64,000 nt of DNA from an uncultured Bacilli bacterium (GCA_934096125.1 CAKOLB010000002.1:41293-105292); one strand, 5' to 3'. Shown: positions 38,990-49,302, counted from the first letter of the stretch. Translations and numbers: made by a program. The notes: generated by a model from the letters alone, not told the origin.

Positions 38990-39610
38990 TTACTCCGCCT
39001 TTTCTATACGTATATACCCTTTTAATTCTTTTTCAAAGTTACCATTTTGGGAAGCATCTAAATTAACATAAGTAACTTTAGCTACCCATTTTTGAAACGC
39101 TTTGGTACTTGATTTTATTACATAATCTTTAGCTATATAGTATCTACCGGTTTTGGTTGTAATATCGAAACCTTCGACATCTTTACTTTTAGTAAATTCA
39201 AGATTTTCAACATTGGTTACCATATTACCATCGGGGTCGGTGATAGTAAGTAAAAGTTCTGGAGATTTAGCTACAGTAGAATAAGTAAGAGTGTTTTTCT
39301 CTAGCTCTAAATATAGATTATATTTATAAGCAATTTCTTGGTCACCATCTACTTGCAGATAAGCGCTCGCAAAAGTTTCACCCGATAAGTTTCCCATACC
39401 TTCCCCAAAATTTTCAATCGTTGGTGCAATGTTAATTGGAAAGCCAGAATCAAATAATAATGAGTCTGTAACTGCCGTTGTAACATTTACTTTTGATGAA
39501 ACTTTAGATACTTGTAAAGCAGTAAAGTATGCAAAGCTAGCACCGATTACTAGTGATGTAAAAGCTGCTAAATAAATAAGCAATAATAAATTTTTAAATT
39601 TTTTACTCAT
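38990..39610 (-). CDS. short TasA-like secreted protein with SipW-cognate-type signal peptide (206 aa, divergent)
   Basis: N-terminus ...SLVIGASFAYFTALQVSKVSSKVNVTTA matches the SipW-cognate motif; the stretch SPELLLTITDPDGNMVT..FDITTKTG resembles the 508/515-aa paralogs' AELLLTITDP...FDITTYTG. Confidence 0.55.
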   Translation of the reverse strand: MSKKFKNLLLLIYLAAFTSLVIGASFAYFTALQVSKVSSKVNVTTAVTDSLLFDSGFPINIAPTIENFGEGMGNLSGETFASAYLQVDGDQEIAYKYNLYLELEKNTLTYSTVAKSPELLLTITDPDGNMVTNVENLEFTKSKDVEGFDITTKTGRYYIAKDYVIKSSTKAFQKWVAKVTYVNLDASQNGNFEKELKGYIRIEKAE

Positions 39611-39677
39611 GGTGCCTCCCCACTACATTACTCTTCTTCTTTAGAATAGCATTTTTCGTTTTAAAAATCAATTGGTT

Positions 39678-40475
39678 TTACACATTTATAATTCCTAGGT
39701 CAACCAACATAACAGTTATTAGTGACAATGCTTTATAGTAGCCATCCGTTTTTAAAAAACTTTCTTCCATCTCAAATACTTTTTTATTAACTTTATAAAA
39801 ATCAGATGGTTCATAACTATAAATTTTCATATTTTCAAAAGATTTATGCATATTTTGAGCAGCCACTAAAAGAGATTTTTCTGTTATATTTGCTAAACTA
39901 TACTTACGAGCGTTTGCTCTAACTTCTTTTTTTACCTCTAAACTACTTCTAAATTTCATTAAATACGCTTGTTTGTTAAAATGAGATAACTCGTAGCTTT
40001 CAACACATGGATAACTTAGCAATAATAAACCATTCATATTATAGTTATTATCCTGCGAATTTCGATACACATCTAAACATTTAAGAACAGTCTTCTTAGT
40101 ATTACTTTTATGGTCTCTGTCCCAAAGGATATATATTGGAACATTTTTTAAGCTACGTTGATAATCTTTCATAATTAGATTATATAGGTTATCCTTAAAG
40201 TCTTCTGGTTCCAAAAGAGATTTCATGCTAGAACTATTTGTATTAACTACAAATACAGTGGAATTTTTATTTGTTTTACTTTGCATAATATCGGTTATAC
40301 CACGAGACTTTTTATAAGGAATATAATTATAATCAAATAAATCTACAAATATATGTTTTAATAGTTTAAATTCTTCTGATTCACCTTCTACTACAACAAC
40401 AATTTCCCCAATACTTTTATTTTTATTAACTTTTAAGTTCTTTATTGTATTTTGGCATTCCATCAAAAACTCCAT
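39678..40475 (-). CDS. RloB-like (Toprim/OLD-like) protein, AbiLii-like
   Basis: IVVVVEGESEEFKLL, IYILWDRDHK (DxD), LLLLSYPCVESYELSHF. Confidence 0.65.
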   Translation of the reverse strand: MEFLMECQNTIKNLKVNKNKSIGEIVVVVEGESEEFKLLKHIFVDLFDYNYIPYKKSRGITDIMQSKTNKNSTVFVVNTNSSSMKSLLEPEDFKDNLYNLIMKDYQRSLKNVPIYILWDRDHKSNTKKTVLKCLDVYRNSQDNNYNMNGLLLLSYPCVESYELSHFNKQAYLMKFRSSLEVKKEVRANARKYSLANITEKSLLVAAQNMHKSFENMKIYSYEPSDFYKVNKKVFEMEESFLKTDGYYKALSLITVMLVDLGIINV

Positions 40476-41589
40476 TTAAATACATTTTTTCAATATTTTG
40501 AGATTCACGGGGATTTTCATCAGAAAAACGTTTAACTACTGTTCCTCTAGCAGCATCAAATTTAAAAGAATAAATTTGGTCTGGCCTTAAAATAGATGTA
40601 TCTAATAAATTGGTTGAATGAGAAGTGAAAAATATTTGTGAATTACCACTATTATTAAAGAAATATTTTATAAGAGCTTCCTCTAATTCATTATGAAGCC
40701 CACTACTAAATTCATCTATTATTAACATACAATTATTTTTAGTAGCATAATAAATTGGTAATATAATACTAAGAAAAGCTTTATTGCCTGTTGACTCCAA
40801 GTTTAAGGGCATAACTACATTTGTCCCATTTTTTTTAAGACCTATCTTGTTATTTTTTGAACCTATTAAAATTGTTTTGCTTGCTTTACTATTTTCCTTT
40901 GTAAATACTATTTCACTCTTATAGCCAAGTTTTTTTAAAAAATTATTTAAAGACTTCTCTTTATTTTTCTCAGCATATTTGTCTAAAAATTGCTCAGAAA
41001 TTCTCGCAGGATTATATGATTTTATAATGCCATCTTGAAATAAACAATTGATATATATTGAATTTTTAAGAAAATCAAACCATTTATTTAACACTACATC
41101 ATTATTAAATCTTGTATTATAGTACTCAAGTTTTAAAAGTGACAAACTAGGACTAATGTTTTTATTATCTTTCTCCATACCAAAATAGGTTTTACCACTA
41201 GTATTTAATCTTTCTAATCTTAATTCACTATTTAAATATAACTTCTCAGAATTTATATAGTTTTTTTCAAAAGTAACACAATATTCTAACTCATTATTAT
41301 CAATATCAAATTTATAGCTTAATGAAAATTTATCATCTTTTGTATATAATGATTTTTTTTGGATATAGTCTTGTTCAGAATTTTCTAAAAGTAAGTCAAG
41401 CAAAAACTTAATAGCTTTTAAAACTTGGGTCTTACCTGAGGCATTTTCTCCTACGAATAAAGCACCTTTTAAAACCCTATTATCTCCAACGTTTGTTTCT
41501 TCTAATATTTTGTAATTGGTTGCCTTAAAATCAAATTTTGTTTTTTTAATAAACGTTGTATAGTTGTTTAAAGTAATTTCAGTTAACAT
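40426..41589 (-). CDS. AAA_15/AAA_21-type ATPase, AbiLi-like
   Basis: MLTEITLNNYTTFIKKTKFDF.. , Walker A GENASGKTQVLKAI, Walker B MLIIDEFSSGLH; overlaps the RloB gene by 50 nt. Confidence 0.65.
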   Translation of the reverse strand: MLTEITLNNYTTFIKKTKFDFKATNYKILEETNVGDNRVLKGALFVGENASGKTQVLKAIKFLLDLLLENSEQDYIQKKSLYTKDDKFSLSYKFDIDNNELEYCVTFEKNYINSEKLYLNSELRLERLNTSGKTYFGMEKDNKNISPSLSLLKLEYYNTRFNNDVVLNKWFDFLKNSIYINCLFQDGIIKSYNPARISEQFLDKYAEKNKEKSLNNFLKKLGYKSEIVFTKENSKASKTILIGSKNNKIGLKKNGTNVVMPLNLESTGNKAFLSIILPIYYATKNNCMLIIDEFSSGLHNELEEALIKYFFNNSGNSQIFFTSHSTNLLDTSILRPDQIYSFKFDAARGTVVKRFSDENPRESQNIEKMYLNGVFDGMPKYNKELKS

Positions 41590-41709
41590 TTAATCACTCT
41601 CCTATCTTAAGTATAGCACAATAACAAAAAAATTACTTTTAAAAAAAATATAAAAGTAATTTTTTTACACTATTATATAAAATAATGGCTGAATGTCAAT
41701 ATTTCTTTA

Positions 41710-42099
41710 TTATGACTTTATTTTATTTGGTAATTCTATATTTATAAATATACTGGTAAATAAAGCATAGAGATCAAAACTAGTAGTGTTTCTAGTTAGA
41801 AGAAAATAAATAGTACCGAGGATGATGATTACAAGAGAAAAGATATGGGTTTTAGAAAGACTGGGCTTTACAAAGGTATTATTTTCTATATAATCAAAGC
41901 CTGTATAAATAATATTAAATATCATTAAGGTAATATATATAACTGGTACTATTTCAGTTCTTGATACAAAACTTAAAGCAATATAGATTAAGAAAAATAC
42001 TATATCTCTCAGATTTATTTTCTTCTTTTTACTACAACATTTAAGAAGAACATATATTATCCAAAGTCCAAGACTTCCAATCATTATTAGTTTATTCAT
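41710..42099 (-). CDS. hypothetical membrane protein
   Basis: 129 aa, 4 TM helices. Confidence 0.4.
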   Translation of the reverse strand: MNKLIMIGSLGLWIIYVLLKCCSKKKKINLRDIVFFLIYIALSFVSRTEIVPVIYITLMIFNIIYTGFDYIENNTFVKPSLSKTHIFSLVIIILGTIYFLLTRNTTSFDLYALFTSIFINIELPNKIKS

Positions 42100-42104
42100 T
42101 TTTA

Positions 42105-42707
42105 CTACTCTCCTTTATTTTGAGAATATTTACATCCACAGAATTTTTGCCGATATAAATTATACTCATTGCTTAACTTAATACTTTTTTTATAGCCATC
42201 ATTTTTTTTAAAATCACTATATAAATATTTTACATTATATTTCTTTTCAAGTAAACTTCCTAAAATATTTATCTGCTGACTATTTTTATAGGGACTAACA
42301 GTTAGAGTTGTTGCAAAATAATCAAAGTTATATTTTTTTGCTAGCGATGCTGTTTTTTCCAGTCTTATCATAAAGCAGGTTGGACATCTTGCTCCCCTTT
42401 CTGGCTCATTTATTAAATTTTTAGTGCGGGCATGAAAATAATCGTTATCATAATCACAGTCAAGAAAGGAAATTCCAGCATTAAGATCTTTAATTAACTT
42501 TTTCTGCTCAGCTTTTCTCTTTTCATATTCCTCTCTTGGCTCAATATTTGGGTTATAATACAAGACAGTTATATCGAAATAATCTTTTAAAAAGAGAAGG
42601 ACATAACTTGAACATGGAGCACAGCAACTGTGAAGAAGAAGTTTACCTTTACCATCTAAATTATTTATAACTTCTAAAAGTTTAGCTTGATAATTTGTTT
42701 TCATCAT
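42105..42707 (-). CDS. queH: epoxyqueuosine reductase QueH (DUF208)
   Basis: LLLHSCCAPCSSYV and C-terminal FCGCKYS cysteine motifs. Confidence 0.8.
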   Translation of the reverse strand: MMKTNYQAKLLEVINNLDGKGKLLLHSCCAPCSSYVLLFLKDYFDITVLYYNPNIEPREEYEKRKAEQKKLIKDLNAGISFLDCDYDNDYFHARTKNLINEPERGARCPTCFMIRLEKTASLAKKYNFDYFATTLTVSPYKNSQQINILGSLLEKKYNVKYLYSDFKKNDGYKKSIKLSNEYNLYRQKFCGCKYSQNKGE

Positions 42708-43450
42708 TTACCACTTTCCTCCGTTTCTTCCGGTTTTAAAGACTCAAATGTTTGAAAAAGCACTTGATTACTACTACTATCTAAGTTAAGGACACCTTTT
42801 TTGGTATCATCTAAAGTAGCATATATTTCTTCATATTTATTTAAATTATTAAAGTTAGCTAGATTTATATAGACATAGTTGCCATCATTCATGCGCAGAA
42901 GAAATCTATTTTCATCAATAACAACATCGCCTTTAGTATCAGGGCTATACTCTATTTCACTTATAAGCTCCATAATCTCCGGGTTTATATTACTAATTTT
43001 CTTTTTTAAAGATTTGTATGTATCACTTGGTACATAGTTGATAAGAGTAGGAATGCCAAGAGCGGAAGAAACATCTTTAACATTACTGCCATTTTTTAAA
43101 ACATAACAATCATTATAACTGTCATAAAACATAACACTTTGCTCTTTTACTATTATTACTAAGCTACCATTTAACTTCTTTTGGATATCGACATCTTTAA
43201 CAATTCCTAAAGATTTTATATTTTTTTCCACTTTACTGGTATTTAACCTGATTATATTATCTTTATTTGTTATTTTAGATGCCGAAATAATTTCTTCATC
43301 ACTTATCATATTATTACCTTTAATTAAAATGGTACTTATGGGACGGGAAAGACAATAATAAAAAGCCATTATAATTAGATATAATGTTAAAATAGCTACT
43401 AAAAAGGCTTTTTTATTTAGTTTTTTCTTTCCACGTTTCTTCTTTGTCAT
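42704..43450 (-). CDS. divIB: cell division protein DivIB/FtsQ (POTRA)
   Basis: N-terminal TM, POTRA-like region; position directly downstream of murG-murB. Confidence 0.65.
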   Translation of the reverse strand: MTKKKRGKKKLNKKAFLVAILTLYLIIMAFYYCLSRPISTILIKGNNMISDEEIISASKITNKDNIIRLNTSKVEKNIKSLGIVKDVDIQKKLNGSLVIIVKEQSVMFYDSYNDCYVLKNGSNVKDVSSALGIPTLINYVPSDTYKSLKKKISNINPEIMELISEIEYSPDTKGDVVIDENRFLLRMNDGNYVYINLANFNNLNKYEEIYATLDDTKKGVLNLDSSSNQVLFQTFESLKPEETEESGK

Positions 43451-43454
43451 ATCT

Positions 43455-44321
43455 TCACCATTTTACTATTATTTGTTCTAAGTTTAAATCAATATTTTTT
43501 TGTTTCTTAACTTCCTTTTTTATTTTTTCCACTAAGTTTATTATATCACTACTTTGGGCATCTTTCCAATTCACAATGAAATTAGCATGCTTTAGGCTTA
43601 TCATAGCCCCATTTTCTTTAAGGCCTTTAAGGCCACACTCATCAATTAGTTTTCCAGCGGATGTTCCTTCTGGGTTTTGAAAAACACTACCAGCATTTGG
43701 AAAATTTAGGGGTTGCTTTTCACTCCGCACTTTTAAACTTTCTTTTATTTTATCCCACAGCCCATCAACATTTCCTTTTTCCATTTGAAATATTGCACCG
43801 ATGATTATTTTATTACTTTCTTTAAATTCTGTATGCCGGTAGGAATAATTAATATTTTCTTTTGAAATAGTTTTGATAATGCCATCTTCTAAAATGATAA
43901 CGGCCTTTAAATATTTGTAAATGTCTGTATTTCCAGCGCCGGCGTTACAAACTACCGCTCCTCCTAAAGACCCGGGAATGCCATAAAGTTCATAATAGGA
44001 TGGGAAGCTTTTGTCAATTAGAGATGTGATAAACTCATTTAAGCTTAGGCCACTTTCGGCATAAATTAAATTATCAGTTACTTCAAAAGTTTTAAGTAAA
44101 GATAAATTTATAATAACACCTTGGTAGTCTTCATCCGGCAAAATAACATTTGAGCCTTTACCCAAAATATAATAAGGTATATTTTTCTTTTTTAAGTCAT
44201 CAATTAATTTGATTAAGGCATTAATACTTTTAGGTTTAACGAAGTAAGATGCTTTCCCACCAATTTTATAAGTATTTAAGTCCTTTAAAGATACATCTTC
44301 TTTAACTACATAATCATTCAT
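43455..44321 (-). CDS. murB: UDP-N-acetylenolpyruvoylglucosamine reductase
   Basis: 288 aa; FAD-binding N-terminus TYKIGGKASYF, C-terminal MurB domain. Confidence 0.85.
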   Translation of the reverse strand: MNDYVVKEDVSLKDLNTYKIGGKASYFVKPKSINALIKLIDDLKKKNIPYYILGKGSNVILPDEDYQGVIINLSLLKTFEVTDNLIYAESGLSLNEFITSLIDKSFPSYYELYGIPGSLGGAVVCNAGAGNTDIYKYLKAVIILEDGIIKTISKENINYSYRHTEFKESNKIIIGAIFQMEKGNVDGLWDKIKESLKVRSEKQPLNFPNAGSVFQNPEGTSAGKLIDECGLKGLKENGAMISLKHANFIVNWKDAQSSDIINLVEKIKKEVKKQKNIDLNLEQIIVKW

Positions 44322-45399
44322 CTATTAACTCCTTAATTTTATTATATATAATTGTATCAGCAGGTACTTCATTTACTTTTTCTAACGCTTCTTTCATACT
44401 TTTATATTTTTTCTCATCATAGAAAAGTTCGTTGATGGCAATTTGAATTGTACTTAAATTTAAATTTTTTTCTTCGATAAGCATTGATACATGCATACTT
44501 TCTAAATCTAAAGCATTGTAATATTGATGGTTATTTGCAACATATGGACTTGGCACTAGGATGCTGGGGATTTTTAGAGCAAGTAGTTCACTAATTGTGC
44601 TGGCTCCGGCGCGAGATATAACAAAATAAGCTTCCTTCATCACACTTGATAAGTTCTCAACATAGGGAACAACTTTAACATTTTGGGGAAATGTTGCATC
44701 CTTAATAAAATCATCATAATACTTTTCTCCCGTTACATATAGCACTTTATATTTTTCTTTTTCAACAGTACTTAAAAAAGCTTTGAACTTTTCATTAAAA
44801 GCTGAAGAGCCAAGAGAACCTGCGACTATGATAATTAATTTATCGGAGCTTTTAAAACCAAAAGTTGTTTTGGAAATGCTAGGCGCACTTAAAGCTTTAG
44901 CACCACATGGATTTCCTGTATAGATGACTTTTTTAGCTGCCGGAAAAAACTTCTCACTATTTTTAAATGATACACCAACAAGGGAAGCATACTTAGATAA
45001 AGCAATATTAGATTTTCCCGGAATACTGTTTTGCTCGTGAATAAAAGTTTTAATCGATAGTTTATGAGCCGATTTAATAACGGGATATGTGACATAACCA
45101 CCGGCGCCAATAACAATGTCTGGTTTAAACTCTTTCATAATTTTTTGACACTTTTTAGTAGCTTTTTGAATTAAATAAATATTTTTAATATCTCTAAAAA
45201 TATGAGTTTTACTAAAGCCATATATCTCTAAGCCAACATATTTAATATTCATAGATGGAACAATTTTACTTTCCATCCGGTTATGAGTACCAATATATAA
45301 AACTTCACAGTCCTTTTCCTTTTCCTTTATTTTTTTAATGATAGCTAAAGCTGGATAAATATGTCCCCCAGTGCCACCAGCAGATACAATAACTTTCAT
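44314..45399 (-). CDS. murG: undecaprenyl-PP-MurNAc-pentapeptide GlcNAc transferase
   Basis: MKVIVSAGGTGGHIYPALAI... GT28 motifs. Confidence 0.85.
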   Translation of the reverse strand: MKVIVSAGGTGGHIYPALAIIKKIKEKEKDCEVLYIGTHNRMESKIVPSMNIKYVGLEIYGFSKTHIFRDIKNIYLIQKATKKCQKIMKEFKPDIVIGAGGYVTYPVIKSAHKLSIKTFIHEQNSIPGKSNIALSKYASLVGVSFKNSEKFFPAAKKVIYTGNPCGAKALSAPSISKTTFGFKSSDKLIIIVAGSLGSSAFNEKFKAFLSTVEKEKYKVLYVTGEKYYDDFIKDATFPQNVKVVPYVENLSSVMKEAYFVISRAGASTISELLALKIPSILVPSPYVANNHQYYNALDLESMHVSMLIEEKNLNLSTIQIAINELFYDEKKYKSMKEALEKVNEVPADTIIYNKIKELIDE

Positions 45400-45447
45400 T
45401 TTGTCTCACCTTTCCTAATTATACACTACTTTTTTAGTCTTTATAAC

Positions 45448-46053
45448 TTATTTCATTAACTTTTCCTTTTTATAGTCATCTACTATACACATTACGTTAT
45501 TTCTAATTTTCCTTGTTGCATATATTATAACATCAATATTTCTTTTCTGAAAACTATCTATTACACTTCTTTTCGCAATACTATCAATTAAACAAATAAA
45601 ATCATAGTTATAATTATTATCACTATTTAAAATATAATTTAGAACACCATATTTATATTCTTTGTTTATACTTCTTAACTCTCTAATTATTCTTTCGTTA
45701 AAAGACATGATATAAATATTACGTTTATATTTTTTTAATAGTTTAAAAAATTTTTGTTTATCTATATTTTGACTTTTTATTTCTAAAAGATATATCTTAT
45801 CACTTTTTATCTTTAGTACGTCTTCTAAAAGAGGGATATTTTTATTTTTTTGAAACTCTTTATAGAGACAAGAACCAACAAGTTTTGTTTGATAAATCGG
45901 GTCATGGTAGATGATAAACTTACCATCTTTAGTTTCTCGAACATCACACTCTACTCCAATATAATGCGGACTTTCTAAAGCTTTTTGTAAAGCTTCTTTA
46001 GAATTTGCGTTCCTTTTTTCCTGCCATATTCCACGGTGGGCAATTAATTTCAT
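45448..46053 (-). CDS. glycerophosphodiester phosphodiesterase-family protein
   Basis: IAHRG....ECDVRETKDGKFIIYHD GDPD signature. Confidence 0.65.
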   Translation of the reverse strand: MKLIAHRGIWQEKRNANSKEALQKALESPHYIGVECDVRETKDGKFIIYHDPIYQTKLVGSCLYKEFQKNKNIPLLEDVLKIKSDKIYLLEIKSQNIDKQKFFKLLKKYKRNIYIMSFNERIIRELRSINKEYKYGVLNYILNSDNNYNYDFICLIDSIAKRSVIDSFQKRNIDVIIYATRKIRNNVMCIVDDYKKEKLMK

Positions 46054-46103
46054 AAAAAAACACCTAATAAAGTATATTTAAGTGTTTATATTTATATTAT
46101 TCT

Positions 46104-46394
46104 TTAGTTTTCCTTTTCCCATTTAGCTGTTAGAGTTATATCTTTTTTAACTGGAGTGCTAAAGTCATACACTTTATCATCTTGGTACCAGCCAATAAAT
46201 TTATAACCTGGATAGCTTGGAGTTTCTGGCTCTTTAGCAACATCTCCTACTTTAACCGTTTGAGCAGGCACGCCTGGGCCAAGTTGCAATGCATAAGTTA
46301 CAGTAAATGTACGCCAAAATGAAAAGTAACAAACTACTAATATAACAAGCGCCACTACTGGAATTATTCCTAGTATCTTTTTTCTTTTTTCCAT
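46104..46394 (-). CDS. small membrane-anchored protein with a single Listeria-Bacteroides (Flg_new/InlB B-type) repeat
   Basis: 96 aa; TM then ..YKFIGWYQDDKVYDFSTPVKKDITLTAKWEK. Confidence 0.5.
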   Translation of the reverse strand: MEKRKKILGIIPVVALVILVVCYFSFWRTFTVTYALQLGPGVPAQTVKVGDVAKEPETPSYPGYKFIGWYQDDKVYDFSTPVKKDITLTAKWEKEN

Positions 46395-46395
46395 C

Positions 46396-46797
46396 TTATC
46401 TTCCCTTTCCTTTACTTACGTTTTTATTTATCGATATTTTCTTTAGCTCTGCTTCGAGCAAATATAACTTTTTAGAATACTTATTAACAAACTCTTCACT
46501 CAGACCTTTTAGTTTCAAGCTAAATAAATACTCTTTAATTCTTTTCTCTTCGGTAAAAGCTGCTAAAACTGCTCCTTCATCGGTTTCATCACTTGAGAGC
46601 AAAAAGTATAACTTTTTCATAAAAGCATTATATTCTTTAGCAAACTTTTTCTCCCACATACTAGATACCATTTCTTTATCTAATATGGTTATCTTTTTTA
46701 TATAGTTTTCTTTTTTAGGGGTAAATGAGTAACTTACCTTTTCTTGATATAACAATACCTCTTTATCATCACTATCTTTTTTTAAAATATAACTATT
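46396..46797 (-). CDS. hypothetical protein
   Basis: ORF just upstream of (3' of) trmD; start uncertain. Confidence 0.35.
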   Translation of the reverse strand, partial: NSYILKKDSDDKEVLLYQEKVSYSFTPKKENYIKKITILDKEMVSSMWEKKFAKEYNAFMKKLYFLLSSDETDEGAVLAAFTEEKRIKEYLFSLKLKGLSEEFVNKYSKKLYLLEAELKKISINKNVSKGKGR

Positions 46798-47479
46798 CAT
46801 CTTCGTCCTCCAAAAGGTCAGGTCGGTAGTTTTTGGTAACTTCAAGTTTCATAGTTTTCCGGTACTCATCTATCATAGCATGGTTACCACTTAAAAGAAT
46901 TTCAGGAACATTTAGACCGCGGTAACTAGCTGGTTTGGTATAAACAGGATAATCAAGTAAGTTATGATTAAATGACTCACTTTCTAAAGATGCGCCATTA
47001 ATTACTCCAGGGATAAGACGAGTTATGGAGTCGGCAATTGCCATCGCGGGGATTTCACCACCGGTTAGAATATAATCACCAATACTAATTATTTCATCAG
47101 CTAAAGTTTTTATTCGCTCATCAAAGCCCTCATAGTGGCCACAAATAATGATTAAGTGTTTAACTTCTTTGGAAAGTCTTTTGGCGCACTTTTGGCTATA
47201 TTTCTTTCCTTCCGGGCTTAAAATTAAGACATAACTATCAGCACTTCTGATAGCATCAAGGCAGTTAAAAATTGGCTCCGGCCTTAGCACCATTCCTGCT
47301 CCACCTCCATAGGGAGTATCATCAACTTGTCCATTATTTAAAGGACTATATTGGCGAAAGTCCACTACATTAATGGTAACTAAATTATTTTTAATTGCTC
47401 TTTTAATAATTGAACTATTTAAAAAGCCCATAAACATCTCAGGGAATAAAGATAATATATCAATCTTCATTAAAACCAC
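46793..47479 (-). CDS. trmD: tRNA (guanine37-N1)-methyltransferase
   Basis: 228 aa SPOUT fold; ..YGGGAGMVL..., GHYEGFDERI. Confidence 0.9.
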   Translation of the reverse strand: MVLMKIDILSLFPEMFMGFLNSSIIKRAIKNNLVTINVVDFRQYSPLNNGQVDDTPYGGGAGMVLRPEPIFNCLDAIRSADSYVLILSPEGKKYSQKCAKRLSKEVKHLIIICGHYEGFDERIKTLADEIISIGDYILTGGEIPAMAIADSITRLIPGVINGASLESESFNHNLLDYPVYTKPASYRGLNVPEILLSGNHAMIDEYRKTMKLEVTKNYRPDLLEDEDE

Positions 47480-47480
47480 C

Positions 47481-47969
47481 TCACAACATTAAATCTTTAG
47501 CATTTTGCGTATATAGAGTTTTATCTTCTAGGGAAAACTTTTTAACATAGGCAGGAACTAAAGGAATTAAAAATTCTTTTTCACCACTTACCTTAACGAT
47601 ATTACTAGCAGCCCCTTGCAAGACTTCCTTGATAACTCCTATATTTTTTTGATTATCTACCACTTTAGCCCCAGGTAAATCACTAAGCAAATACTCATCA
47701 CTTTTTAAGTTTAAATCTGAGCGAGCAATATAGATATTATAGCCAACATACTCTAACACATCATTAATATTATCTTTATTATCAATCTTAAGAAGAATAT
47801 TATTTTTGTGATAACGAACAGCACTTACCTCGTGCAAAATATTATTAATAAGCACTTTATTTTTAGGTCTATATGCTTTATCACATTTATCAAAGTTACT
47901 TACAACTTTTAACTCTCCTTTAATTCCAAAAGTGGTTACTATTTTGCCAATACATATCATCTCATTCAT
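47481..47969 (-). CDS. rimM: 16S rRNA processing protein RimM
   Basis: 162 aa; IGKIVTTFGIKGELKV N-terminus and PRC barrel. Confidence 0.85.
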   Translation of the reverse strand: MNEMICIGKIVTTFGIKGELKVVSNFDKCDKAYRPKNKVLINNILHEVSAVRYHKNNILLKIDNKDNINDVLEYVGYNIYIARSDLNLKSDEYLLSDLPGAKVVDNQKNIGVIKEVLQGAASNIVKVSGEKEFLIPLVPAYVKKFSLEDKTLYTQNAKDLML

Positions 47970-48670
47970 TTATTTACCTCATACATTAAAATGCTCGCTG
48001 CAACTCCAGCATTTAAACTTTCACAATTTTCATTTATTTTAATATTTACAAACTCATCACATAAACTCTTTGTGCTTTCTTTAAGCCCTTTTCCTTCATT
48101 ACCAATTACTAAAGCTATTTTTTCTTTTTTATATTTTTGAATGTTTTCCCCACTATCCACATTAGTGCCAATGATTTTATATCCATCATCTTTTAACTTG
48201 GGCAAAACATCTTGTAAATTTTGCCGTTTTACATTTACTTTAAAAATCATACCTTCTGTACTTCTTATAACTTTGGGGTTATATAAATCAGCAGAGTCAT
48301 CACTTAAAATAATATTTGGCATGTTAAAGGCAACAGCACTTCGAATAATTGTTCCAAGATTACCTGGGTCCTGAATGTTATCAAGGACTAAGATATTGCC
48401 AGTTAAAGTCTTCTCTGGCAAAAATGAAACAACTGCAGCTTTATTACAACCAGATTTTTGAGTACTAATTTTTTTCAAGATTTCTTTGGTAACAATAAAG
48501 TCATCACTCGCATCAAGCCCAATTGTTTGAAGCTTTAACCCTGCATTTCTTGCCTCGGTGATTAAATGGTCTCCTTCGATTAAAAAGACTTTTTCCTCAT
48601 CCCGAAACTTTTTGTCCTGTAAATGTACCCAATATTTGACATGTTCATTTTGTAAACTTGTTATATTCAT
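47966..48670 (-). CDS. TrmH/SpoU-family RNA 2'-O-methyltransferase
   Basis: SPOUT motifs ..VLDNIQDPGNLGTIIRSA.., LVIGNEG. Confidence 0.75.
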   Translation of the reverse strand: MNITSLQNEHVKYWVHLQDKKFRDEEKVFLIEGDHLITEARNAGLKLQTIGLDASDDFIVTKEILKKISTQKSGCNKAAVVSFLPEKTLTGNILVLDNIQDPGNLGTIIRSAVAFNMPNIILSDDSADLYNPKVIRSTEGMIFKVNVKRQNLQDVLPKLKDDGYKIIGTNVDSGENIQKYKKEKIALVIGNEGKGLKESTKSLCDEFVNIKINENCESLNAGVAASILMYEVNK

Positions 48671-49302
48671 TCTTTCAACGCCTTTCGTGCTTCTTTATAG
48701 TTTGGATATGCTAGAGAAACTAAATGCCAAAATCTCTTACTGTGGTTACCTTCAAAAAAGTGACACAATTCATGAATAATAACGTAATCTAATAGGCTTA
48801 CATCTTTTTTTAAAAGCTCCGTATTTAACTTTATCCATTTTTTACTAGGACTACACACGCCCCATCTCGTGGACATTTTTTGATATTTAACTGTAAACTC
48901 TGGTAAATTTTGAAAACATTTCTTAGCAATGGCTACTTCTGCTTCAAAAATCCGGCGCACTTCACTTTGATAAAACTCATCTAAAAGTTTCAAGCTTGGA
49001 GTTATAACAATATTATCCGTAAACTCAATACTTTCCTTATCTTTATCTATCTTAATATAATATTTTTTACCCAAGTATAAAAAAAACTCACTATTTTTAT
49101 TTTTCAAACAAACTTTATCATACATCTTTATAATGGATGCTTCATTTTCTTCTATAAGCTTTAAAATATTTTTACTACTTATATAAATTGGACAAGTTAC
49201 ATAAAGTTTTAAATCTTCTTTAACTCGAAAATAGATATTTTTATTATTCTTTCTTTTAACTATAACTTCAATTTCCAAACCATTACTTGTTTTGTACGTC
49301 AT
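48667..49302 (-). CDS. YgjP/SprT-like metal-dependent hydrolase (DUF45, HExxH)
   Basis: IIHELCHFFEGNHSKRFW. Confidence 0.65.
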   Translation of the reverse strand: MTYKTSNGLEIEVIVKRKNNKNIYFRVKEDLKLYVTCPIYISSKNILKLIEENEASIIKMYDKVCLKNKNSEFFLYLGKKYYIKIDKDKESIEFTDNIVITPSLKLLDEFYQSEVRRIFEAEVAIAKKCFQNLPEFTVKYQKMSTRWGVCSPSKKWIKLNTELLKKDVSLLDYVIIHELCHFFEGNHSKRFWHLVSLAYPNYKEARKALKE

